Shown: piece by piece, positions 26,518-39,061 of the stretch | Position numbering within the stretch: position 1 is the first letter of the stretch | How the letters are laid out: the number at the start of each line of letters is the position of its first letter | Source: Convolutriloba macropyga | Lineage: Eukaryota | NCBI RefSeq assembly: GCF_964194025.1 | Contig: NC_134468.1 | Span: 4,898,001 to 4,962,000 of the forward strand | Direction of reading: 5' to 3' | Length of the DNA stretch: 64,000 bases | Translations under genes and position numbers: made by a program | Notes under the pieces: generated by a model | Told to the model about the DNA's origin: nothing | The model's input: the letters and a program-made list of their open reading frames with translations, nothing else | The model's database searches: none

Positions 26518-28177
26518 GTTAAAATATGACTGTGGCTGGTGTGGAGGAGCAGTCAGAAATGTAAGAGAGACAAAATCTATGAATGATTGCTTGGGAGAAT
26601 AATAATCGAGCTGAATCACTTTTGACGTTCAGTGTACAACTTAAGAAATGACCCTGCTTTTCCTGGAGATGTTCTGTCATCTCATGAGTGTACAAACATT
26701 GTGACATCTAATGGTAAAACCGACCGGGGATGAATATAAATTAAAATGATGCACTTTTTGTGGTTAACATGTGATCCCTCATCGTTTGAACATAAAGCGG
26801 CAAATATAATCTTAAGACTGCTTAAAACGGTGATTCCAATGTGTTACAATATTAGGGCTGGCAAATTTTAGAGCCGAGGACAGCCGCGACTATGGCTGGG
26901 CTGGAACTGCTGAAAGGTTCCTCGAATTATATTCTATCTTATTCAGACCCCGAATTTGCTACTTCGTGAGGCACACAATCTTGTGAAGAAAAAATCTTGA
27001 AACAGTAAGCAAACCATGGTAATATGAAACAAGAAAATTTTACGTCGACTTGCTGAGCGTGATAAAACTTCCATACTTGAAAATATTCATGCCATTCTCT
27101 TGACTTTTCTAAGAGGTTTACCAATTATTTTACTCAATTTTTAACACAATAGATTAGTTTTCTTTAAAAGGTGAAAACATCGCGCTCAGCTAAATGGTTG
27201 CTTTTTATTAGCAAAAATGGGCTTCAACCTCGCAATGAGACTCAAACGACATATCCCAACTGGTGATTGAAGTCCACTGAAGAGATTTGTCTTTTGATAA
27301 AAATCTTGCTGGACTGGACTACTGAACGAGCAAGAGAGAGAAGCAAAAACACGATAGCCAATGAGAAAAAACCGGAGCCAAAAAAAGTCGAGAAAAAATC
27401 AAAATTTTCTGTTACAATTATTGCTACAAGGAGCATGCATTCAATAAAAACATAAAAGAAGTACAAAGCGGCAAAAACAAGAAACCGATTTTAGAATTGA
27501 ACATTCGATAAACATATCCGACTAAGGTCTGAAGAATTCCTGTCAAACAATTTAAAGTTGAAAAGGTGACGCCAATTGCCATTCTCTTTTCAGTTGGCTT
27601 CTAGTAGTGCAGTCAGTTGAGTTTAGCTGCTTAGAATTGTGAATGAGACAAATTTAGATCACGCAAAACGTCAAGGGCGTAAAAGTTTCCCGAAAAGTTT
27701 TTGGGACCGCAATTTGTTACCTTTCCAACAACTTCGGTGAATCATGCCATTTTGAAGGTCTAAAACTATCTCCCACACAACGCTGTAAGCAGGCATCCTG
27801 GACAATTGTGACGGATATTTCCACACTTTGAGGAAATTTGAACTAAATTTGCTTAATGTCACAAATGTCCACCCACACGCTTACATCCCCAATCTTAAAC
27901 CATGGTTGTGCCTAACAGCGACACTTTTGAGTATATTTACTAGAAGCAAATGTAAGTTTTTGCAACGTAATGTTAAACAAACTGGAACTTCAAGGAAAAG
28001 ATTTAAAGCTAAAATAATAAAATCGCCAATCTATTTAGTTTAAAGAAAGACCCAAGTCTCAATTTCTTCCAGCGATCGTCTCGAACACATCATTTTCCAA
28101 AAGAGGTTCATAACTTCATAATTCTCTACAGGAGACATTCTGCCGAGTTTAAAAAATTAGTTCGTCTTGCAACGTCC

Positions 28178-28726
28178 TCAGTCCATTAAATCGAAGTCAT
28201 CAACTTGCTCATTGTATGTTGCAATGTGACGCTTGTACTTGGAATTCTCAGTCCACGTGACCAAATCCTCACTCCTTCGGGTCACCAAAAATGCAGGATC
28301 AGTTACCAGTTCAGTTCCGACTTTGACATGACCATGTTCTATCATTTGAGTAGCGACTTGAACATCTTGGGCCATTTTCAGTTTTGTCATCACTACTGGC
28401 AGTCTTCGGCGGCAAAAGGAGGACACAGTTAACTTATCAACAGCAGCAAAACTCCTGTCAGAAGGAATAGCTCCCATCAAGTACAATTTCTGAACTAATC
28501 GGATGACGTTCACATTTCTGAATTTGTCATTCGTGTCAAGCTCTTTTAACTTTTCGGCTAATTTTCTAACTTCAGCTACCAGTTGCTTGTAGGCTATGTA
28601 CTCTTCGCGTTTTCTAAGGTTGTACCTACGCATTATTTTGAGAATGTGTTCATTATTGTCAATCTCCCAGTTGATAAAATCAACTTTCTTCAACAATTTC
28701 TGCTCGTGATGCTTCAGCTGTCTCAT
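28178..28726 (-). CDS. IMP3: U3 snoRNP protein IMP3 (S4 RNA-binding domain), 182 aa, intronless CDS
   Basis: MRQLKHHEQKLLKKVDFINW...SSFCRRRLPVVM..LKMA...A..MIEHGHVKVGTELVTDPAFLVTR..ED.VTW...IATYNEQVDDFDL matches the conserved IMP3 sequence end to end. Confidence 0.97.
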   Translation of the reverse strand: MRQLKHHEQKLLKKVDFINWEIDNNEHILKIMRRYNLRKREEYIAYKQLVAEVRKLAEKLKELDTNDKFRNVNVIRLVQKLYLMGAIPSDRSFAAVDKLTVSSFCRRRLPVVMTKLKMAQDVQVATQMIEHGHVKVGTELVTDPAFLVTRRSEDLVTWTENSKYKRHIATYNEQVDDFDLMD

Positions 28727-30627
28727 GTCCGATATCTGAAAAAAACTTGATAAAGAAAATTTGAATTCACATGAGGTTCCTCTTTTCTAGAGATACCCTT
28801 AAACTAGTGAGAAGTGATATATTGTCGCACACTTTGATTCGACCATTGTGTCATCATAGTATCAATACCAATAAGCATTAGAGATGGTAACTAAGAACAA
28901 AAATGCGAGTAACCTGCATCTAAAATTGGGCTTTATGGGTTTATCTCGTTTCTATTTCGGATTTCGTTTTTTGACACTTACTCTGTTCATTTTGAATTGC
29001 TTTGCTGACCAACTGCTTTCTAAAAACACTTTCAGCAGAATGAGAGAAGAGTGAAACTAGCCTAGAGAAGTAAAAAAGATTTCACGGAAAATGTTGAACA
29101 AGCTGTGAACTAAGGTAGAGCAAAAAAATTTTGTTCGACGAAGTAAAAAAACATAGCAGGACAAGTCCTGACGAACAATTCTAAGAATTTTCATTGACTA
29201 ACCAAAGAAACAACTAGACCAAGAACGGACTATGAGTGAATTGGGAAAACCATTTCTAAAAAAATCAGATAAAAAAACAGAAAATCAATGTCAAAATGCC
29301 ACATGTGAACAAAAAAATCACTAGCGAGAAATGAAATTTGGTTCAAACAAAAAAACTAGGCCTAGAACGAACTATGAATGGATTGGAAAACCCATTTGGA
29401 AAACAATCCGCTCCAAAAAACAAAAAAAATGAAAATCAAAGTGAAATTGTTGCATGTGAAAAAAAACCACTAGCGAGAAAGCGAATTTTTGTCCCAACAC
29501 CGTTTTCTAACTCTACTTTAAAATTAGAGCGAAAAAATTTCACGCCACAAAACCACTCGCTTTTTCACTCGACTTCCTGTTTCGGCGTGACCAAAATCAC
29601 TACTCCAATTTGACTTCAAAAATCATGAAAATGTGCGAAAAGATTTTTTTAAAAAAGACAGCATCCAAATACAATTCAAATTCTTCGAATTGTAAAAAGG
29701 AGCGCTATAATAGCCGGCTGAAAAGCTGAGGCAGCTATTAATCATATCAATAACTTGAAATTAGTTACAGAAATCAGAAAAAAAAACAGTTGGCGAGCGT
29801 CATAAACTCCACAGCAAAGCTGCTTTAGAGCCCAATTATGTCAAGAGCTGCACTTTCATTTCTAGTTAAGTCATACCAAATTTCGACATACTTTGAATTA
29901 GGCTAACATTCGGAAATTAGCATGAGAGCGCTAAAGAGAATGACTGATAAAAACAAATGAATAAAAATGTTTAAACCATCATTCCAGAGGTTAGAAGACA
30001 CACATAAAAAGTTAACTGCCACAAAATAGTTAACTTTTTATGTGTGCCTTCTGCAGTTGTCCAGTATAAAAACTAATGAAAAACTAATGAAGAGTGAGCT
30101 TCGTCTTGGAACAAGAGACTGGTGACAAAATTAAGCAGCAAGGACCGAGATGAGTGACTTTCGACAAATTGCAATATCTCCATCCTTTTATTACCTCGCA
30201 AGCGGTGAAACCTAATTTTTTATGCTCCTCAGCTAAGAGCATAATTTCCATAGTTTAGTAGATGACTCCGCAGAAATTTCATCAGCATGAAGTTATGTTT
30301 GCTGTCATTTCGAGTATTGTTTTTAAAAAATAAGAGTTTTTTTAGTGTGCTCAGTTGACTCCATTCAAATAACAGATCTGAATATTTTTCGAGGGGATAA
30401 ACTTAAAGAACATGCCTGTTATTTGTACTTGTCTCCTAGACGAGTAGGGAAGCCCTCCAATTCCTTTGCAAAATATTTTATTTTCACGGGAAAATTTTTT
30501 CTTCTATCGCTAAGTTTTCAGATACTTGTGCAAAAAACCCTTATCACGGAAATCGCAAATGAGCGGGAAAAGTTGAATATCACGTTAATTCATTTCTTGT
30601 GCACAACCGTAAGACATAGGAAAACAT

Positions 30628-31036
30628 AACCGACTAAACGTCGGAGGAATTGCTCTCGCTCTCGAACGACTAGTGGGAGCTCTAATCAATTGTAGCCTGC
30701 TTCAGTCGGGCGGGGGGAGGGAGGAGCCTAAATGGGACTAAGAAGTTCAATAGTGGGCTGCAAATAAACACATTAGAGGTCAACATACCACTAAGATTTA
30801 AAGTGAAAAATTGCACCAGTTTTGGCGCACTTTCATTTGACTTTTAGTATTAAATCGCCGCCAATTGAGTTCAGCTGCTTGAAATTGTGATTGAGAGAGA
30901 ATTTTAGATCACGCAAAACGCAAAAAAGTTAAGGGCATAAAAGTCACTCGAAAACTCAAAACGGTCAAGCGAAAATTTTGCATTAAAAAATACACACACG
31001 TTTACAATAATTGCTTCTCTACGAGAGCAATTAATA
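30628..31036 (-). mobile_element. Helentron-associated non-autonomous element (HINE/DINE-1-like)
   Basis: Minus strand: 5' subTIR AATTGCTCTCG with nearby inverted partner GAAGCAATT; 3' subTIR CGAGAGCAATT followed by hairpin CCGAC-GTTTA-GTCGG and TT. No TSD. Confidence 0.75.
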
Positions 31037-32400
31037 AATTGTTCCAACTAGCTTTGAATATGAGCAAAATCCGATTTAAAAAATCAAATTTGATTGAAAC
31101 CAAATCGTCAAAAAGTGTTGCTATTGGTTCCTGGGCTCAATATTAAAAGACAGACAGGACCAAAATCTCAACGAGGAGCAATTAATTTTTTGATGGGGTA
31201 AAATTTTTGTTCGGGTTGCACTCGGGTGCAAGCTCCTTTAAGCCAAGCGCGACATGGAAGTACTATACAGAGACAAAAGCCCCAGTTGTTGGCAGTTAGA
31301 TAATTAGATATTCTGAGTGTTGTACCCTGAACCAGCCACTTCGGACTCAAGAGAAATCTTCAAATCTTTGCGCCTGAGTTACAGAACAGGTCTCAATACA
31401 TAAAGCAATATATAAAATAACACGTGTTGGGGGCGGTTCAAATAATATGCGCAAACTAAGCTGGGGTTACGAACGGAAAGGATCTCAATTTTCGTTCAGA
31501 ACTCTTTGCAGGTCTGAAACCTACAACAGCAAAGGCAAGAGCTTGAGATGTACGAGGGGTTTAAGCAGAGCATTGAAAAGCGCCCGAAAGCAGGCAGCAG
31601 CGTCACTGTTGATAGGACCGAGTTAGGTCTCTTGAAATTATGTCCCATTGACTTGTCAGAGTTGAAATGTTTCCAATGAGCAAAAGATAAAACTGATTGA
31701 TTTCAACGTCAACAACAAGTAACGATAGTGAAAACGAGACTAGAAGATAAAGTTCCAACTACTCTCTCGTGAACTCAAACATCGCAGCAAATTGACCCCT
31801 CCCCCCTCAGGCTAATGGCAACTAAAGCGTTGTCATCAAAGTTGTTGCCCAAGAGTGCTCGAGATTGCTACTATGTATTACTGAAAGTTAGTTGGTAGAG
31901 GAAGAGAAAACTGTGTTATCCCTTCGCACAATAAGTTATCTGAAGATCATCTAATAGGAACTACAGTCTAAAGGTCCAGACAAATAGATGTCGTGGTAAT
32001 CGCGAAACATACAACAGAGTAGAAGTGTTGAAACGGTGATAGCCGAGCTTAAGATAAAGAGTGCCTATACTGAATACTTAGTCTAGACAACAATTGCTGA
32101 GCTTTAGACTCTCGGAACTCAACTCCTCAGAAAGTGAAGCTCACAGATAAGCAATGCACCTAAGCTCTGTTTTCATGGCTGAGAATTAATTCCTCTAACA
32201 GTCAATGACTAAATAACAGGCTCCTGCAACTAAATTGTCCCGCCACATAGCTGACTTCAGGAAAAATTAAACCACGTCTTAACTCACTTTCACAAAGTTA
32301 GGGTAGGCAAGAAGAATAGATACGCGACAAACGGTTGCATCTTTTCCAGGGTGCTATAATCAGATCAGGGCAAATAAAACTAAATTTGATTGTTACTTGG

Positions 32401-33250
32401 TTACCCTACAATTCCATCTTCACACAAGAATTTATCATAGAGTTCAATCAATTTAACATGCTCGGAGAGTGTTGCATACTTTTCATCTATCTCCCTGAGC
32501 CTGTCGAGAGGCCATTCCGTCATCCCCATCTCCAGCTGTGACCTCATCGCCCGACATGCTTGCATAAGCAATTGTAGCCAACTGTCTCGCATGCACCTCC
32601 AAAATCAACCTGCCCATGTCTAAGTTAGCCTGTCTCATCTCCAAAAGCACAACTGTCAACCATCACCAGTTTTATCCTTCCTACCCCAGGAAAATGATCT
32701 TCCATTAAACGGGTTCTAATAACTTAATGCTTGAAGATATAAAAATGTATGGTCGTAGCTATTATTGAACAGAGCAAAAAAGGCATACACTAGATTATGC
32801 CCCTCACTTATTAGAAATTCAGTGTACTAAAACACTCCACCCAATTAAGATGCATAAATTTTGAAAATAAAACCCTCTATCACTGCTGTACATTTACACC
32901 ACAATTGCGCAAGACACTTTCTTGGAGTATGGGTCTATTTAATGAAAGACCCCGATTGTGATAAAACTACAGCAAAAGAAATTCGTTTTTGATTTTGAGG
33001 TAGTAAGGAAGTAATGGCCTGTTATATCGGACATAATCTTTGTGACTCCGGCGCAAATTTCAGTCATTTGGTGGACCAAGTAAAAGGTCCGTCTTTGGAA
33101 CTGCAAGAGGACGAAGGCTGCAACTAGGAATGCCACAATAGACGTACAAAGTAATGACATGAAAAACATAGACCAGTTAAACTTGACGCCAAGAATTTCC
33201 ATAATAGATTCGGTTGAAACTGGGTTCGTCATCGTTTGCATAGTTACCAA
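32401..33250 (-). other. Possible exons of an unidentified membrane-protein gene (32939-33250 and about 32401-32600)
   Basis: Coding-like composition and a hydrophobic helix (MFFMSLLCTSIVAFLVAAFVLL). Splice structure not resolved. Confidence 0.25.
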
Positions 33251-34171
33251 TAGTTACTTAAGCCGAAAAGAATATATAAATTCTTATAGATAAGAAGTCA
33301 AACTGACTACCGCAAACAAAGTAATTCATGAAATGTACTCAGAGCAATTTTTTACATGAAACCAGCATTTCCCACTTTACTTAATGACCGGCAGAACAAA
33401 AGTTCATTACCAATGAACAACAACGCCGTTAACAATCGTGCGTGGTCTGAGAATGCTTAAGAGAATATTATGACTGTAGTTCTTCTGGATAGTAATGGTT
33501 ATTGGACATTAAAGGATATTTTTTGGCTATATTAATGAGTCCAAAACTTACGTCCACTCACTTATTAGCTGTGCAGACAGTTCGAAAACAAAGTCAGTGA
33601 GAAAAACGATGATAGCTAATACTTCTCCAAATCTAGAATCTTCTTACTTTGGCAAATACCAAATGAACAATTCACACTGAACTATATAAATACATACTAA
33701 ACAATTTGCAGTGGTGAACCGGAATTATTTTCTAAGTGTGACGTGCACCATAATAAGCCTCCTCTTTTTTGCTACATACAAGAAACCAACATATATGTCA
33801 GAACAATGCAACTATTGCAACAAAAATCAGAAAAAGTTTTTTAGTCTTTAAAGAGCCAAAAAAGTTTATAGCTCTCCTTTTTGTGACTTGACCTAAATTT
33901 TGCAATAATCAGAATTATTTTAAGCATTATTTGAAGAAAACGAAAAAAGTTTACGCATCACAAAATTGTATGGATTGGTTTATCACGGCAACTGACCGAG
34001 ATGATGAAAAAGCTATCTCTGATTAGATCAGTTTACCACACTGAGTGACAAAATAATGTACTTTTGAGAATCAAGTTGAAGCTAAAATACAAGAAAAAGC
34101 TCAGTAAGAAGCATTTGCACATGATGTTCTCCACCTATCTCATTCGCATTTTCTTAAAATTTTCAAATAAC

Positions 34172-34520
34172 AACCGGCTAACGTCAGAAGAATTGCTCTT
34201 GACCAACTATAGGGAGCTCGACTAATGGGGTGAGTAGACTTCAGGAGGGGGACTAAAAAGTTCAATAGGGTGCTTCAAATGATGTCATTGGGTTATTTGG
34301 GGTTATTATATACCACTATTAAGATAGTGAAAAGATGACACCAATTTCGGCGCAAATTTCCTTTGGGAAGCAAAATGCTACTAATTGAGCTCAGCCGGTT
34401 AAAATTGTCAATCAAATAAATTTAGATTACGCAAAACTAGGGCATAAAAGTCAAAATGTTCAAGCATAAAGAAAAACTTTTACAGTAATTGCTTCAAACT
34501 TCGCTCGAGAGCGATTTAAA
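34172..34520 (-). mobile_element. HINE/DINE-1-like element
   Basis: Ends accggctaacgtcagaagaattgctc and taattgcttcaaacttcgctcgagagcgatt; the interior resembles the 26133 and 30628 copies. Confidence 0.6.
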
Positions 34521-34570
34521 AAATCGGAAAGGTTAAAGTTGCGCAACACTCTAAAGCTGCGTCAAGAGTA

Positions 34571-34742
34571 CAATGGTGTGAACATGAACTCTCGGGAATC
34601 TTGTTTGTTTGTTCAAAATTTGTTTTGAAATGATCAGATTTTACTCCTTTTAATTGCTTCAAATTTTAGTAAAATCTGATCATTTCAAAACAAATTTTGA
34701 ACAAACAAACAAGATTCCCAAGAATTGATGTTCACACCATTG
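34571..34742. mobile_element. Foldback MITE (near-perfect 172-bp hairpin), possibly Tc1/mariner-derived
   Basis: caatggtgtgaacat..gggaatcttgtttgtttgttcaaaatttgttttgaaatgatcagattttact is mirrored by agtaaaatctgatcatttcaaaacaaattttgaacaaacaaacaagattccc..atgttcacaccattg. TA lies on the left flank. Confidence 0.8.
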
Positions 34743-35356
34743 ATTTCTCTCCTCACTTGTTTCAGTGAATAACATAGGTTAGAGACTAATATGCCGCAAA
34801 CAGAACTGCTCAGAGACTTACAACCCTCAAGATTTACCATTGGATCCTGTTTATCAACTCTAATTCACCGGTAGGACAAAAAATCGTCATACAAAATTTC
34901 GCAAAAAGAACCCAGAACTACTAATTACTGAGAAGAGAAATCGAGAATATTAAAATTGATCGCACAGGTGTCAAAATCTCAACAGAATAAGATAAAACTG
35001 GCAGATTGCTAGTCAATAGCTGCAAAATAGACTGCTAAGGCTAAATAAAAGACATCAACAGAACTTGAAAATCTAATTACCAATCATTGGGCTCTTTGAT
35101 GACCTCTATTGACCTTTAAATAGAGCTTATATCTAAATTATATGAACGCTTGGTGGTTTAAAACACTTGAATGAGGTCAATCATTAAAGATTTAAAAACC
35201 GTATGACATGTCTGACAAAGCGAACGTCAAAGAGTTCCAAACGGCGTTGAGCATACAATTTAGTTGGATGAAAGGCAGCAAGTCACCAAAAATCACCACT
35301 TTTTGAGGAACACTATATAACAAAACTCAGAAAACAGAACTTTTGATAACATGGTT

Positions 35357-35528
35357 GGATCTATTCTGTTTTGCCCCCCCCCCCCTCACTCAGTGTTTTT
35401 TTATGAGACCCAATTACAAATTAAATGTTGTTATATAGCACGTTACTATGTAAGAAAATAGCAAGTGCGCCAGGGGGTCATAAAAATTTATGCTCACTAA
35501 GCTGGGGGGAGAAAAACAGAATAAATCC
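35357..35528. mobile_element. Poly-C/poly-G MITE (Merlin-like)
   Basis: GGATCTATTCTGTTT TIR; 8-bp TSD ACATGGTT/AAATGGTT. Confidence 0.85.
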
Positions 35529-36173
35529 AAATGGTTTATTGTTTCCATTGCTTAGATAGCACGTGTAGAAATTTTGCTTTTCCTCATTTGAAACCACTTA
35601 CTTCAAAGCTAAAAATCAACCCCAAAATTTCCAACAAAAGGAACAATCCATATAAACGGGGGGGGGGGGGGGGGGGGTTGGCTGCACTGGGCCACGTCCT
35701 TACGGCCTAAACGATGTGCGGGGGTGTGGATAGGGGCGGGGCTGACGTGGGAGAGGGGTGAATGAGGGGTCGCAAACTGTGTGTGTGTGTGTGTGTTTAA
35801 ACTCTTAAGAACCGCCCTTCACACAGAGTATACGTCTCCAAAACNNNNNNNNNNNNNNNNNNNNNNNCATCAGATTCTTATATTTTACATCTACTGATGT
35901 ATCCAGAACGAAAATCAGCTTCGCACTTCTGAGGACCTGTGTTCTTTGCTTGAGGGGATGTCGTGCCCTCAAGCCTCGTGTTCTCAGTGAGACTTCGATT
36001 AGCGCCGTCGTGGACTGATGTATCCAGAGAGTCAATTATATAAAGTAGGAGGCAGGATAAACGAAACGAGATAGATTTCTGCAGTTTTTATATTTTGACA
36101 ATAGAAAGGGGGTTTGCTCTTAAGCCGCCCAGGACAATCCAATCGATGAGTAGTGATGCCCTACTAAGAGACA

Positions 36174-36235
36174 TCACTGCATCGTATATAATTTTAAAGA
36201 CAAGGCACTATAGCTCTTTTAAAGCTGCGTCATGA
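36174..36235 (+). repeat. Left copy of a 61-62-bp direct repeat flanking CRE-type element 1 (putative long TSD or target site)
   Basis: tcactgcatcgtatataattttaaagacaaggcactatagctcttttaaagctgcgtcatga aligns with 48435-48495 with 6 substitutions and 1 indel. Confidence 0.85.
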
Positions 36236-37127
36236 AAATGAAAAAAGATAAAATAAGAAATGCCCCACCCCAACATGGGGTGAATATTGGCTGGTCCGTG
36301 GCCCTCCCAGCACTACGTCCTCAGAAAGCATTTTGTATTGTTCAAATCTATCAATAAAATGATAATATATACAAACATCAGCTGAGAAAGACAAGACAGC
36401 ATTAGGAAACAAACAACTAATGGCGAAAGTAGAAGAGTCAAACTAACAACCTCCCGTTTTCAACTACAGCTCCCATTGAAGCATCGACAATTTCGCCCCG
36501 CCTAAGCGTCCTTGACCCACGAATGCAGAGGATGGAATTTCTTAGGACAGCAAAGCTGATTTTGTCCTCAGATATATAATATCAGCGAAACGGTACTCTT
36601 TTCGCGCAGAGAGCTTTGATGCGTTGTTTCACCGTTTTTGAGGCTGATTCGCAAGCTCCATTAGTGCATGCAAAGACAATCCGCGAAAGTGTTGTTTTCA
36701 CAACCTGTAATTCTTTGTTCATATTTGATCTTTTTAAAAGATTCATGGTACCTGTAAACTTCGCTAATGCTTTCAGGGCGACATTTTGTCAGCTGGTCGC
36801 CCTGAAAATTTTCGCATCAAAGTAGGTTTTGTTTAACCTCGATTCCCAAATTCCGTTGGCTTTGATATCTAATTTTGCATCATCATCATCATGTTGTCGT
36901 TGATTTAAGAGCAAAGGTTTCCCCTTGCAACGGCTGAAGATGAGGTTCGATCTCGACATCAAGACAGACATCACTTAGCAAGTTCGCAAAGGAATCGAGA
37001 AGTTCATTACGTCTAATGCTGGTGTACCCTAATTTCGGACAGTGGAGGACATGTGTCACAGTGAAGTTTTCATTGCATGCGCATAGTGATGGCATCTTCA
37101 CTGGGGCTCAGCGATAGTGAAGGGCAA
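36236..37127 (-). mobile_element. CRE-clade-like non-LTR retrotransposon 1, 3' part (Zn-knuckle and restriction-like endonuclease), decayed
   Basis: CACNENFTVTHVLHCPKLGYTSIRRNELLDSFANLL..EIEPHLQPLQGE..AKLDIKANGIW..TYFDAKIF corresponds to the CCHC knuckle, RHN motif and PD-(D/E)xK-type RLE region. Confidence 0.85.
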
Positions 37128-37556
37128 TGTGAGTGTCATACGTATATAAAAAAAGTTGTACTAAAAACCTTGGGTTTAAAGGTCAAAGCTTTAGTTTAAA
37201 TTTTAATCTATTACCTGATTAATGACTGACACAATCTTGATAGGTGTCGACAAATTGAAAAAGACAAGGCTCGGGCTCCGAGCAATATTAACAATTGTGA
37301 CATATCAGTATTTACTTGGTTAATTTACCACCGTGATAGAACCAATATTGGGTACGGACAAAACTGAGGATAAAACTCTTTCATTGAACACCAAACCTAC
37401 CTTCAGAGTTAATCACTCTATTAGATCTTCATTTATTTGAAACCATTCTCTTCTGCTCTTATCTACTTATTAATTAAACTTCAATCCTTGTATTTTGAAC
37501 AAGTACCACGCTCAATTACTAATGATAATAGATATTGCGCACGGGCTGCTGCTATA
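37128..37556 (+). repeat. 5' LTR
   Basis: tgtgag...gctgctata; about 95% identical to 46449-46876 (about 22-23 differences by manual count). Confidence 0.95.
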
Positions 37557-37557
37557 G

Positions 37558-37572
37558 TGGCGACAGAGATTA
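37558..37572 (+). promoter_or_regulatory. Primer-binding site (TGGCGACAGAGAT; primer tRNA uncertain, Ser/Arg-like)
   Basis: TGG, complementary to tRNA CCA, begins 1 nt after the 5' LTR end. Confidence 0.7.
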
Positions 37573-38030
37573 AAAGTAAATAGAAAACCACCATCCAATA
37601 ATATTGAGCGTTGTATTATTTTCCAAGAGAAATCTATGTTTTGTTTGAAAACTAACTTTTAAACTCGAGTTCGACGTCTTAACATCACGACCCGGAAGAG
37701 GAAATGTGGACTGCTGTCGGGATTCGACAAGAAAAATTGCCATCTTCGAACTTTCAAGTGAGTACTCCCTAAAAAATCGAATAGTATAAATCAGGGCGTA
37801 CATGTTTTTTTGATGATAAAATAGCGGTCAGAAACATCAGTATTTTAGTTTGACTTAATTTGAATTAAAATATACCATTAAACCTCGAGTTTTTTTGCAT
37901 TTATTGAAGAGGGAATTAGAGTGTCAATTATAATTAAAAGCTGTTAACTAGAGTGTTGGAAAAATAGTTCGAGTTTCGAACAGAATTAGTCAAAGATTTT
38001 GAATAACAACAGCTTTTAAATAAAATAGGG

Positions 38031-39061
38031 ATGGCGCGGCACTCCTCAAAAACGCTGTTACCGGAACCGTTTACTGGATCAAATGATTTTGAAAGTTGTG
38101 TTACACACTTTGAGCTCTTGTCACAATTACATAAGTGGCAAAGAAAAGAAACAGTAAGCGGCGCCGAGACCAAAATTGATGAACGGCCGCATTATTTCAC
38201 GTTGAGGTTACAAACGTCGGCTATTGATTTCTATCGTACACTTTCGGAGGACTCTAGAAAGAGTTATGACGAGACCGTAAAGGCTTTCAGACAACATTAT
38301 AATGAGAAACCAGTAGTGTTCCGGGGTAGGCTAGCAAAGAGAGTCCAGCAACCCGGTGAAAAATTAACAGATTTTCTCGGTGATTTGCAAACATTAGCTC
38401 TGAAAGCGTACCCCCAAGAGTCCACAGAGATAAGAGAACATCTCATTTTGAGGGGTTTCCTTGAAGGCATTGAAAATAGTCAGGTGCGGCTCTACTTGAG
38501 AAAGAACTTAGGTGACGCGGATATGACTTTAGACAGAGCTTTAGAGAGAGCTCTACATATAGAGGCAGTCACGAGAATTGAGGAGGAGGACAAGGAGCCG
38601 CGGGTTTCTGCCACCCAGTTAAAGAAAAATTCACAGTTACTTGATTCGATTAATGAATTTGTTAGAACATTGCAAACTAATCAACCTAATAGGCAAGAGA
38701 ATCAAAAGTTTTCATCTCAAGGAGCGCGGCCAAAAGAGTTTCTGCGCGGTAGTGAGCGAAGTTCAAGAGAAAACGGAGATAGAAATAGAAGTACTAATAG
38801 CTATACCAGAAGCAGCGCTGAGCATAGACGAACCAATTACGAAATTAGAGCTCGTTCGCCAACACCGGGAGGTGAGAACAGAAGCCGAGATCCATCGCAC
38901 GAGAGTCGTGCCGAGCAGTCGAAGGCAGCGGTGAGTTTCGAGAGAAAAAATGTTGCCGTTGCGGTCAGCGAAACCATGCATCTAGGGAATGCAAAAATTG
39001 TTTCAAATGTGGGAGCCCAAATCACTTCAAACGAAATTGTCCGTTTTTAAACGAGAACTAG
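38031..39061 (+). pseudogene. gag: Gypsy gag (capsid plus two CCHC zinc knuckles; one frameshift near 38945)
   Basis: PEPFTGSNDFE..HFEL..RVQQPGEKLTDF..LQTLALKAYP..FLEG capsid motifs. An alternate frame at the end gives CCRCGQRNHASREC and CFKCGSPNHFKRNC, then TAG at 39059-39061. Confidence 0.9.

Noticed and set aside
27720-27920. Possible minus-strand exon ending at an AG|GTAAC donor
   Set aside because: No recognisable domain and no partner exon could be assigned.
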